NCBI RefSeq assembly: GCF_006345805.1
Contig: NC_043004.1
Coordinates: 28,644,001 to 28,708,000, forward strand
Direction of reading: 5' to 3'
DNA length: 64,000 nucleotides
DNA from: Octopus sinensis
Taxonomy: Eukaryota
Shown here: positions 1-11,389 of the stretch, in pieces
How positions within the stretch are numbered: position 1 is the first letter of the stretch
Layout of the letters: each line of letters starts with the position of its first letter
Translations under genes and position numbers: made by a program
The notes under the pieces: model-generated
The model's database searches: none
Seen by the model: only the letters and a program-made list of their open reading frames with translations
Told to the model about the DNA's origin: nothing

Positions 1-606
1 GTTCTGCATATACGTGTGTTTGTCCATGGGCTTTGATTTCGGTGCGACGAAAAATACCAACGTATGCGCAGCAACATTGGATACAAGTTACCATCCTAAA
101 GTGTGTTTCGCGTGATATATATTATACATTTTATGGTATATGGTATGTTCCATGTTATAAATTGTAGACTTTTGAATTCCATTAACTCATATAGACCGAC
201 CATACAATTATAGACTGTTTATCCAGGCAGTAGTAACTTACTATGTAATTCTTATACAATGTGCATTGAAATTAATGTCGAATTATCTATGTAAGCTGGA
301 AGTATGTTTGTGTGTCCGACTTAACTATGAAGCCTGTATGGAAATCAATATGCCACTAGACACATATCTGCCTTTCAGAAGAAGTATTGGCGTGTGTACA
401 TACGCTATAGCTATGTACATGCATGTGTGTGTGTGTGTGTGTGTGTGGAGGAGTGCATTTTTTGATATATCTCGAGATGTGTGATTATACACCAAGAACA
501 CAGATGTTTGTGTGTGTACCTGTATATGTATGTATGTGTGTGTGTATATATATATGAATATAACTTCATGTGTATGTATGTGTGTGTGTATGTATACGTC
601 TATATA

Positions 607-671
607 TTACAAGTAACTAGTAATATTAGTGGCGATCAAAAGCGTGAAGCGTGCAGGTATGTTTAGTAATA

Positions 672-710
<39 letters not shown>

Positions 711-781
711 TATATACATTACTAAACAAGACTGCACTGTTCATGCTTTCGATCGCCACTAAGATTACTAGTTACTAGTAA
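607..781. repeat. Imperfect 64-bp inverted repeat flanking a (TA)n tract
   Basis: 607-670 (ttacaagtaactagtaatattagtggcgatc...gtttagtaat) is the reverse complement of 718-781 with several mismatches; the spacer is (TA)n. Confidence 0.85.
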
Positions 782-1121
782 TAATTCTATATACATATAT
801 AAATTATCCACTTACTTCGTTTAGGAATGTGCTTTGAGCCTTCGCACGAACAAGTATGGTGAGTCGAATAAATTTTAAATTTTGACTTTGTTTGCAATAG
901 ACTTGGCTGAAGAAGGACAAGCGACCCCTTTTCCAATTTTCGCGACGGTATGACCCATAATTTTTATTCGCCGCCCGCTTTTCACCATACTTGTTTCAAG
1001 AGATCTCTATGTAATTTAGGAGTTCATTTGACTCTTCTTTCTAGCGAAGTTTGTGCTTTACGGCACAATTATTATATTATATCATATATATACGCATGCA
1101 TACATACATACATAGTCAATT

Positions 1122-1299
1122 CAAATAAACGAATAAAAACGGACAACATGGGGACGTGCACAAGAAATGCATTCGCTTAACGCTCGGTGAGAGGAGAGAG
1201 TTTGACGTTTCGAGCATAGCACTTCGTCGGAAAAGGGAAAAGGAAATTGAGAAGAAGGAAAAGAAATAAGAAATCGCCAACGGCAAGCGAGTAGTTTCA
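1122..1299 (-). mobile_element. Short PLE pLTR-like element with a degenerate hammerhead motif (family 1, copy 1)
   Basis: Shares cgctcggtga...acgtttcgagcatagc(a/t)cttcgtcggaaa with 2025-2090; minus strand reads UUUU CCGACGAA GUGC UAU GCUC GAAACGUC AAAC. Confidence 0.6.
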
Positions 1300-1308
1300 T
1301 ATACATAC

Positions 1309-1356
<48 letters not shown>

Positions 1357-1358
<2 letters not shown>

Positions 1359-1568
1359 ACGGGAAGCTTTATGAAAATAAACAAAAGACGAAGGCAGGTG
1401 GAAAACAAACGAACAATTGTATTAGTATGGCGCTCAGGAAATATAAATAAAACAAGTCTTTAACGTTTCGAGCCTACGCTCTTCAACAGTAAGATACACA
1501 GAGAGAGAAAAACACAGAAAGAAGGAGAGAAAAAAAATGCGTGCAGTAGCTAACGAATCAACATGGCG
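1357..1568 (-). mobile_element. Short hammerhead-bearing pLTR-like element (family 2, copy 1)
   Basis: Reverse complement of 41924-42162; abuts (TA)n; hammerhead-like motif at 1457-1494. Confidence 0.7.
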
Positions 1569-1881
1569 ATCTGATTTCGGCCAGAGGTCAAAGATCAAAC
1601 ATGAGACGCGAGAGCGAAATAAGGGGAGATAATAGGGTTGATAAAAGGGTTGAGGGACAATATAAGAGAAAATAAAAATACAACAAACGGGACAGTTTAT
1701 GCGAACAAGTTCAAGGTTGAAAGTTCAAGGTAAGAAATGTGTAGACGTCGTGGTATATTTTTTAAGGATTTCACATCAATGCAAAGTCACTTTGATCCGC
1801 GAAAGAGAGGTGCAGCCAATGGTAATATATATATATATATATATGTGTGTGTGTATGTATGTATGTATGTATGTATGTATG

Positions 1882-1940
<59 letters not shown>

Positions 1941-2051
1941 CCAATTCAAAACACAGAGGAAAGCTAAGAAGAAAAGGAAAAAACAAGCAAGCGTGAGGAC
2001 GTAGCACAAGCAATGTATTAATATGACGCTCGGTGAAAGAACAGAGTTGTT

Positions 2052-2086
2052 GTTTTACGTTTCGAGCATAGCTCTTCGTCGGAAAC
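2052..2086 (-). ncRNA. Minimal type I hammerhead-like motif with variant core CCGACGAA
   Basis: GUUU CCGACGAA GAGC-UAU-GCUC GAAACGUA AAAC: 4-bp stem I, 4-bp stem II, palindromic ACGU stem III, GUA site. Confidence 0.55.
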
Positions 2087-2815
2087 AGGAAAAGTAGAAA
2101 AGTCCAAAGAGAAAGAAGGATAAATGAGGAAAAATCACCAACAGTCTACGTGCGGCTACAATTCTGAAGTGACCGGAAGTAGAAGGAAGAGAAAGTGCTT
2201 TCTGAGACAGGAGAGTGTGAAAATGGTCGATATGTGTGTTTGCGCGCGTGCGTGTGTGTATATGTGTGTGGTAGCGAGTGAGTGTGAGTGGAAGTATATG
2301 TATGTGACTCTACATGTGTGCTTGTGTGTTTGTGTTGTGTGTGTATGTGTGTTGTATGTGTGTTGTATGTGTGTTGTATGTGTGTTGTATGTGTAGAGGG
2401 TTGTGTATGTGGAGAGTTGTATGTGTAGAGGCATATGTGTGTTCATGTGTATGTGTGCGTATGTGGAAGTGCGTGCGTGCGTGAGTGCGTGCGTGCGTGA
2501 GTGCGTGCGTGCGTGAGTGCGTGCGTGAGTGCGTGCATGAGTGCGTGCGTGAGTGCGCGCGCGCATGGTGGGGTGAGTGCACGTGTGTGCGTATGCGTAT
2601 ACACTCGCGAATGCGTGTGTGTTGTGTGTGTGGTGTATGGTATAGCAATATAAAAAATAAAATATAATACAAATAAATAATAAAAGGTAAAATCTGGTAA
2701 TAATAAAAAATAAATAATAAAAGATTATGTGAATAAATCAAAACAGAAATAAATTTTTAAATCAGTAACAATATTCCAAGTGTGGCTCAAATGTTCAAGT
2801 ATATATATGTGCAGC

Positions 2816-2836
2816 ATTGGAATGTTCTAGCTTTGC

Positions 2837-2880
<44 letters not shown>

Positions 2881-2906
2881 TATAAGCAAAGCTAAAACAT
2901 TCCAAT
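2816..2906. repeat. 21-bp inverted repeat flanking (TA)n
   Basis: attggaatgttctagctttgc versus gcaaagctaaaacattccaat, 1 mismatch. Confidence 0.8.
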
Positions 2907-2950
2907 ATATATATATACTTTATTTAAAGCAGCAGAAAATTCAACAAAAT

Positions 2951-2988
2951 CTGTTACTCTGAGTTTCTCGTTGCCGTTCATCAGACAG
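2951..2988 (-). ncRNA. Type I hammerhead ribozyme with canonical core
   Basis: CUGU CUGAUGA ACG-GCAA-CGA GAAAC UCAGA GUA ACAG; stem I CUGU/ACAG, GNRA loop II, A.A mismatch at the base of stem II. Confidence 0.7.
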
Positions 2989-3061
2989 TTTTTGCTAGAA
3001 TGGAACCGATATATCAATTCAATCTAGACTCTTACAAACGCTACACCTTTAAAAAAAAAAA

Positions 3062-3102
<41 letters not shown>

Positions 3103-3219
3103 TATACATGGCCTGCTCGCTTAGCCAGCGGGGTGGCGCCGTTCCAAGGCTAAAACAATGCGAACGCATTGTGACCAGCGATGTGTAGTAACATCTGATG
3201 GTCTGGTCGATCACGTGAT

Positions 3220-3257
<38 letters not shown>

Positions 3258-3413
3258 TTCATTTTATTTCATTTATTTATTTATTTAAAAATTTTAATTT
3301 GTAAATATTATACTAATGCTTTTTCATGCAGAACTACATTTCATCAAAAAATTCTCTCCAAAATTGAACGTTTGAAAGAAAAGGGGAAACAGTTCATTTT
3401 GTATTCTAAATAT

Positions 3414-3449
<36 letters not shown>

Positions 3450-3985
3450 AAAGAAAGAAAGAAAGAAAGGAAGAAAGTAAGAAAGAAAGAAAGAAAGAAA
3501 AAGAGAAAAGAGGGGATGAGAGAAACAAAGCAAAAAGACTTTGAGGAATAACCACACCACACCTGTTTTATTTCTTTTTTCTTTTTGAAGAGGGCACTAT
3601 CCTTAAAGCCAGGGGGATCCCCCTTCTGTCTCTCTCCCTCTCTCTGCCTATCTATCTATCTGTTTGACTATATATTTATTTATTTATCTATCTATCTGTC
3701 AGCCTATCTGCCTACCTGTTTCTATCTGTCTCCATTGTCATGGAACCTCGCCCTAAAAAACAAAAGCAATGCTCTCTTCTTCTAAACAAAACCCCCCAAA
3801 AAACTTCTGTTTTATATAAATGAACGAGCTATTTCTAGATTAACAAAATCTTATTTGACAATTTCGAGAAATGAACGAAGAGCTATAATAGTGAAGAAAT
3901 AAAAAGATTCTTTTCCAAAATTCTGACGACTTTTTTTCTCAATATTCAATTTCTGTACACCACACCTTAAACTCTATACATATAC

Positions 3986-4032
<47 letters not shown>

Positions 4033-4046
4033 TCTATATATATATA

Positions 4047-4543
4047 CCGTAAATCTTCGAGTATAATCCGAAGATTTCCCAAAATTTAAAGGTCAAAATC
4101 CCTAGTGCGAGGTTAAAAAGGAAAATTATTTTCTAAGCAATGTCCGTGTCTCTATTTTCTGTCCGGCAATGTTTATTCAGACGCATTTTGTGATGTCGGG
4201 CGCGAAAATACTTTAAGCTAAGCCTGAAAGCAATGAAGTCATAAAAGAATCATCCATAACGTGCAGTAAGCAACATTTATTAAACGTTATTACTATTATT
4301 TCTTTATTTTCTGCAAACAAAATGCACAAAAAAGCTACACGTTTGCATCATGTTATATATACAATAATAATAAAGGATGCTACGGTATACAGTTTTACAA
4401 ACCAAAGACGTTATATAGACCTCCTTGACTCAAGTTAGAGAAGGGGTGCGTATTATACACAAAGTTTAGGTTTTTCAGAGGCACAGCCCTCTAAAAATCC
4501 CCTGCGTATTATACTCAAGGGTGGACTATACTCGAGGATTTAC

Positions 4544-4545
<2 letters not shown>
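4047..4545. mobile_element. Tc1/mariner-superfamily (pogo/Tc2-like) MITE
   Basis: Terminal inverted repeats ccgtaaatcttcgagtataatcc / ggactatactcgaggatttacgg, TA on both sides, no ORF. Confidence 0.75.
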
Positions 4546-4585
<40 letters not shown>

Positions 4586-4649
4586 ACACACACATCTCTC
4601 TCTCTCACTCACTATATATATATATAAAATTAATAAATTAATAAAACAT

Positions 4650-5090
4650 ATGCATATATACATACATATATGTATGTACCTACCTCTACATGTATATATA
4701 CATGCATATATGGGTATAAGACACCAAAAAAACGTCGAACACAATGAGAAACGAAAACATAAACACAAAACCAAGGAAATGGACATATTTTTAAACAACG
4801 AAAAAATAGAGTACAGGACATACAAAACAAGGAAAATTCCCCTTCTTCAGTCGCCTTAGATTCATCTACTCCACGTTTCGAAGGTCAACGCGATACATGA
4901 CTTCAATGAAAATTTCCTTCCCGCGAAAATCAAACTAAATAAAATTTGAGATTTTTTTGCGGTGGGGTAAAAATGGTAACAAAAACAGGACAGTAACGAC
5001 AGTACAAAATATAAACAATAAAGGACAGAACACGGAGAATAACAGTAACACAAACAAGAAGGACTGTTAAGCCAAACGAGATAATATATG
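4650..5090 (-). mobile_element. pLTR-like dispersed repeat with a hammerhead relic (family 3)
   Basis: 4650-4850 matches 20420-20640 in reverse complement; GUCA...UGACCUUCGAAACGU relic at about 4869-4912. Confidence 0.5.
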
Positions 5091-5744
5091 TATGCATCTA
5101 TGTATCTATGTATGAATGTACTTATGTATGTGTGTGCGTGTGTCAAACCGACGTTAAATATGCCAGCCCAGTTATCTGTAACCGAATGTAATCTAGCCGC
5201 ATGGTGGACCAGCAGATGCCCTTTATATATATATACTATAAAATTAATGTGTGCAGCAATATAAACCATATCGGCAAAATTTAGTCGCCACTACAAGTGA
5301 CTGTATGTACTACAAGCACAATAATTGCTAGAAATAAGAACTAAACTGCTGATAGCTACCTAAACGCATATTAATATATACTGACAGGGTAGATACCCAC
5401 GCCATGAGTGAAGCAAATCTAGACCATTGGACTGCATAGTTTCATTCTAATGGGAATTGTCAACACTGTGTCTCCATTGCTTCCATGGAACAGTTAATTT
5501 TCTCTGTCAGGATATAAATTTGTCTTATGCATTTATGGCTGATTTAACGAAATGTCAAATCGTATAGTATAAAATTAATGTGGGCAGCTGGGCGCAATAT
5601 AAACCATACAGGGAAGTTTTAGTCATCACTAATTGTTACTGTATGTGCTACAACAACATTACTTGCTAGAAATAAACCGCTTGTAGCTGCGTAAAACCGC
5701 ATTTGTATATACTGACATTCTCCGCATGTCTTTGTTTGTTTATC

Positions 5745-5912
5745 CCCCGCCACTGGTTGACAACGAGTATTTGTGTACGTCCACGTAACATCACAGTTAG
5801 ACGCAAAAAGAGAGCCAGGCATAAAAATAAGTACTTGCTTCGATTTGGCCTACTAAATTCTGCAAGGTTTCCCTAGCATGGCTGCAATCTAATGACTGAA
5901 AGATGTAAAAGA
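5745..5912 (+). mobile_element. Old 3' half of SINE family A
   Basis: ttgacaac...aataagtac...gcatggctgcaatctaatgactgaaagatgtaaaaga resembles the 3' half of 61914-62312. Confidence 0.55.
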
Positions 5913-7150
5913 ATAAAAGAATTACCTGGGCCATGAATGCATATTACTCTTCTTCTAAATAACTATGTTCCTTGGCTGTTGGAGACTAGGTTGAACAATT
6001 ATAGTTTTGATAACGCGTATCTAAATACATCTAACAAATATTATCTTATGTCCAGACAATAAACCGATCCTTTCGCTTAATGGCTTTTCAAATTTAGAGA
6101 ATTTTTCATTCTTGAGATAATTTCCCCTTCTCATATGGAGCAGGTTTCAATCCCCATTTGTTAACTGTGACACATCATGCAGAGGCGAAAATAATTTTGA
6201 TAAATCAAGAATGGATGTCATATGGTATTGAATATACATGTGTATCTAAATTGTTCGTATATAAGTCATATATAAGCGTTCATCAGTATATAAGCGTTCC
6301 TGTGGACAGCTGCATTTAAGTTTTCTGTTATGGCCTTCAAGTCAATAATAAATAATAGTAAGTTGGAAACTGAAACTTGACGATCACCTACCACGCACGC
6401 TAAATTCCTCTACCAATATTGCCAATACTCGCTTTGCTGACTATCGGATGTTGATCAGTGCTGATCCAATTCTTTCTTGATTGCGCCGTTCTTCAATTCA
6501 TATTTCGCTCAGACCACGTTACTTCTTATTCTCCCAAAGTTCATACGATGACTTCTAAGAGTCGAAATAATTTACTAATCCTCACAGTCCAACAATTGAC
6601 TGCAGTAATAGAATGAAGTTAATTTATATAAGAATAACAGACACATTGCCTACTTTCTCTCACTCTCTCCTTTCCTTTCTCTTTGTCTTAAATTCTGTGG
6701 CTAATATTATGAATCAGAACTAATAGCTATTAATAACAATAGAAGAGAGAAAAGAACAAAAAAGCAGCAAAGAAACAAAACTCTTCCTTTGATGAGTGCT
6801 CACTTACGTTAAAATTTTGCTTGTCTATCCATAATAGGCAGTTGTTATGTAATCTGTGAGCATAGTTTTGTTTTTCAAACAAGTTTTTGCCAAGTGTTTG
6901 TTTTATATATGTTAATTGAAGTTATGATTTTAAGAAATAGGGCCAGCTTTGTTTTTATCAGTGATATCGATAAAATAGCTAAAACTCAAATAGTTGATGA
7001 ATTTGCTTCCTTGTATCACGCTGCAAGTCATTACATGTCCATTTTATTTAAAACAAAAGCCAACCTTCTCTCTTTCTATCGTTTGGTATATATTTTTCTA
7101 ACCACCGGAAGAAATAGTGGAGAGCATTTTTTCCGACGTTTATCTAACTA

Positions 7151-8250
7151 AATACCAAAAGAAGCTGTACATTTGTTTCATCGATTACTCCAAAGCCTTT
7201 GACAGCATTGATCATGACAAGTTATGGAAATGTCTGGAGGAAATGGGAACACCTTTACACCTTGTCCAGCTTATTAGATCACTCTATCAAAACCAAGAGG
7301 CTACAGTATGGACACCATATGGCGACACTGATTGGTTTGAGATTGGAAAAGGCACTCGGCAAGGTTGCATCCTGTCACCAGCAGCCTTCAACATGTACGC
7401 TGAAAAGGTCATGAGGAATGCAGGCCTGGAGGATAGCAGCATTGGAGTGAGGATTGGAGAAAGAAATATTAATAACCTTCGCTATGCAGATGATACAACC
7501 CTGCTGGCGGAGAATGGTAAGGATCTGGAGGATCTTGTCCTCCTGGTCAAGAAAGAGAGTGGGAAATTTGGGCTGTACCTGAATGTTAAGAAAACGAAGA
7601 TCATGTCAGCAGCAGCCACAACAAACATCAAGATCGATAATGAAGAGATCGAAGTGGTTGATGATTTCATCTTCCTTGGCTCCAAAATAAATCGAGATGG
7701 TGACTGCACTCCAGAAATAAGACGGCGGATAGTACTAGGCAGAGAGGCAATGGTCAGCATGAGCAGGGTCTGGAAGAGTAGAGACATCAGACTCGCTACC
7801 AAATGCAGATTGGTGAATGCAATTGTCTTCCCAATAGCAACATATGGATGCGAGACCTGGACTCTAAAGAAAGCTGACCAGAAGAGAATCAATGCATTCG
7901 AGCTTTGGTGTTGGAGAACACTTTTACGGATTCCATGGATAGCGAGGCTCACCAATGGAGAAGTTCTTAAGCAGATCAGGCCGAAAATGTCGCTAGAAGC
8001 TAGAATCACCAAGCATGGATTGGCATATTTCGGTCATATTATGCGGAGAAAATCCCTGGAGAAGGTCATCATGCTCGGAATGGTCAGTGGCAAGAGAGGA
8101 AGAGGCCGACCAAGAACCCGTTGGCTTGACACCATCAAGAGTGATACCGGAATGGACATAGCCAATCTGAAAGAAGCGGCTCAGGATAGAACTGACTGGA
8201 GGACACTGATCCAGCGAGTAACCGAGAGTCGACTTCGACTGAGCGGATAG
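7151..8250 (+). pseudogene. RTE reverse transcriptase C-terminal portion (no genuine start; the GTG start in the ORF track lies in flanking DNA)
   Basis: RT motifs as above; the element begins mid-RT, so the endonuclease is absent. Confidence 0.9.
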
Positions 8251-8258
8251 ATAGATAA
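7151..8258 (+). mobile_element. 5'-truncated RTE-clade LINE, young, with 11-bp target-site duplication
   Basis: Uninterrupted RT frame (FIDYSKAFD, GTRQGCILSP, LRYADD, RGRGRPRTRW) ending at 8250; (GATA)n tail; ttatctaacta at 7140-7150 and 8259-8269. Confidence 0.95.
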
Positions 8259-8336
8259 TTATCTAACTATTCTTTCAATCTTCTGCCTTAGTGTATATGT
8301 ATGTGTGTGTGTGAGGGAGAGAGAGACAGAGAGAGG

Positions 8337-8408
<72 letters not shown>

Positions 8409-9348
8409 TCTCGCTTTCTCTTTTTCTTTCTCTTTCTCTCTCTCTCTCTCGCTCTCTCTCTCAATTTTTTCTTTCTCTTTCTTTCTGTATATATTTCTAT
8501 CTAACTCACTAACTGACTTGTTATTCATTCAGATGTTTGTGTGAATATTGTTTTACACTCAGGTAAATATTTGGTGTTATTTACACACACACACACACAC
8601 ACAAACACCCTCATACAAACACACTTACATATCCACATATACGAGCGCCCGCACACACACACACACACACACACATACACACATGCATGCATACACGCAT
8701 ATACAAAGAAACATAAACAGTTTTTCTACTTTGCCTCATCTCTTTCTCATTCTTTCTCTCTTTCTCTTATATATTCTAGTCTGTGGGACACTAAAGCTAG
8801 TTAACAATCCGAATGGCATAATTATGTCGAAAGAATATTCTACCAAGTCCACTAGACACTCATCCATCAAAACATTCACCCGATCATTCATCTATGCATC
8901 TACCCGTTCATACACCCATCCTTCATTTAACCACTCATCGATCCACTCGTACACAATTTATTCATCTATCACATCTATCACCATCCATTCGCCTTAAATG
9001 TAAATTTCACCCAACAAAAGCCAGCGCTTTTGTTGTTTCTATAATTTCACGCTCAGACACAGCTATTGTTCATCCAATCAACTGAACACTCGAACATTGC
9101 CAGCATCAACAAACGTCTGTCTGCCTTTTGTTAAAGATTAATTCACACGAGAGCGGTATTGGCTTTGTTTTGTTGTTCCTTTTTCCTGTTTTCTTTTTTT
9201 CTTTTTGCATTTTACTCTGTCGGTTTTCTTTGATTTTGCGCTTCATTCTTCTTCTGCGTTTTCTATCTAAGTGTACACGTGTATATAAGCGTGTTAAATG
9301 TAAGGAGAGAAGACTAATTACTAGACTTCAAATATGTAAGTATACGTG

Positions 9349-9379
<31 letters not shown>

Positions 9380-9394
9380 TGTGTATGTGTGTGT

Positions 9395-9437
<43 letters not shown>

Positions 9438-10035
9438 CGTGGCACGCGTGTTACACTTATACATATAAAATATTTTCGTTCCTTCTAATGAAGAAAATAT
9501 TTTTGCAACGATTTTTTAAAAGAAAAAGAAAATTTGAATTATTATTCTGGCTTTTATTCATTCGTTTAGGCAATGTTATATGGATAAGACAAGTGACAAC
9601 GAAATTATACCTTAACTAGTAGGACCTGTGGAAATTCCACAGAACGAAAAAGATTAGGAGAAGTTATTTAAGAAAGGGTGATTTTGATTTTTATTTTTCT
9701 AAGTTATTTTATTTCCAGTCACAATAATATATTATTTCATTTTAAAATTCCCCTCTTCCATGCACTTTATATTTCCTTCTTTCTCTACTTCTTCAACAAA
9801 CTTTTTAACCATGTAATTCCCCTCTTCATGTCTTGAACATTTCTCTCTTTCTCTTCACCTTCCACACCCCATCCTACAGTACGTCATTAACACTTCCCTC
9901 TTCCACTTTTTCTCATCGTCTTTTTCTCTCACACTTCGCCTCTACCCTCAACTAACCAAACCACGTGATGCATTTGGTCTTAGTATATTATTATACTCCT
10001 CTCTTCTTTCTTCTCAACTCATTTTTCCCGCTCTC

Positions 10036-10074
<39 letters not shown>

Positions 10075-10689
10075 CTCACACACACACTTTCGTTCCACCT
10101 CTCCCTCACTCTACCTCCACCTCTCCCTCACTCTACTTCCACCTCCACCTCTCTAACTAACCAAAGTCTAACGGGCGAAACGACAAGCAGATTGTTATAT
10201 AGATCGTTTCTGAGATAAAATTTACAGGATGCATTTGTGATTATTCTAGGAGACATTGTCTCGCTTACATATGTTACGGTGCCTGTCGCACATAAACAAG
10301 CTTATCGAATATTTTAAAGAGACAGTAGTGAAAATTACTTTACATCATGCACTATCTTGATGAAATAATGAGATCAAAATCGATCAACGATGATTAATGC
10401 ACTCGAATGTATATACATATGAACTTGATCATTGTAAAACTTCTGCTCAGTAATAAATTTCAAATAAATAAACATCACCGTTCAAGCTACGCCTGTTACA
10501 AAGTATACTCACCTTTTCCTTATGACTTAATAGATAACGTCTCATACACACACACACATACATACACACACACATATTTATATGTATTATGAATGTATGT
10601 ATATACAGATAGAGATAGAGAGAGAGAGAGAGAGAGGGAGATGGACAGAAAGACAGACGGACTCAAAGACAGACAGACTGACAGACAGA

Positions 10690-10987
<298 letters not shown>

Positions 10988-11389
10988 TGTTTCTTTATTA
11001 GCCACACAGGGCTGCACACAGATAGAACAAATTACAAGGTAGAGCTTTTCTTTTGAAGGTTTAAAAAATAAAAAAAATAAAAAATAAAAAAATAAAATTA
11101 AATTAAATAAAAAAGGGGGGTCGATCAAAAGGGATCGTAAAAGGAGAGAAAGAGGACAAAAAAAAGGGGGGGTTAAAAAAAAGGGGGAGAGGAAAAAAAT
11201 TGATCAATAGGGATCGTTATCACAGAAATGTCAATATGAAGTGTAAAGGGGAGGACAGGTGAGGTTTACCCGTGGAAAGAAAAGCCTACGGAAAAGACCA
11301 CGGTAACCTCGGTCAATGAAGTCACATGTTATATTTCTTTTTTTTTTTTTTTTTGCAAATAAGCAACTCTCTGTATTAATTTTTACGGT

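Noticed and set aside
11255-11330. Structured segment near the Tx1 3' end as a possible snRNA target (Keno-like U2 insertion)
   Set aside because: No resemblance to U2 or other snRNAs that I can recognise; it lies inside the 3'UTR, upstream of the real terminus at 10988
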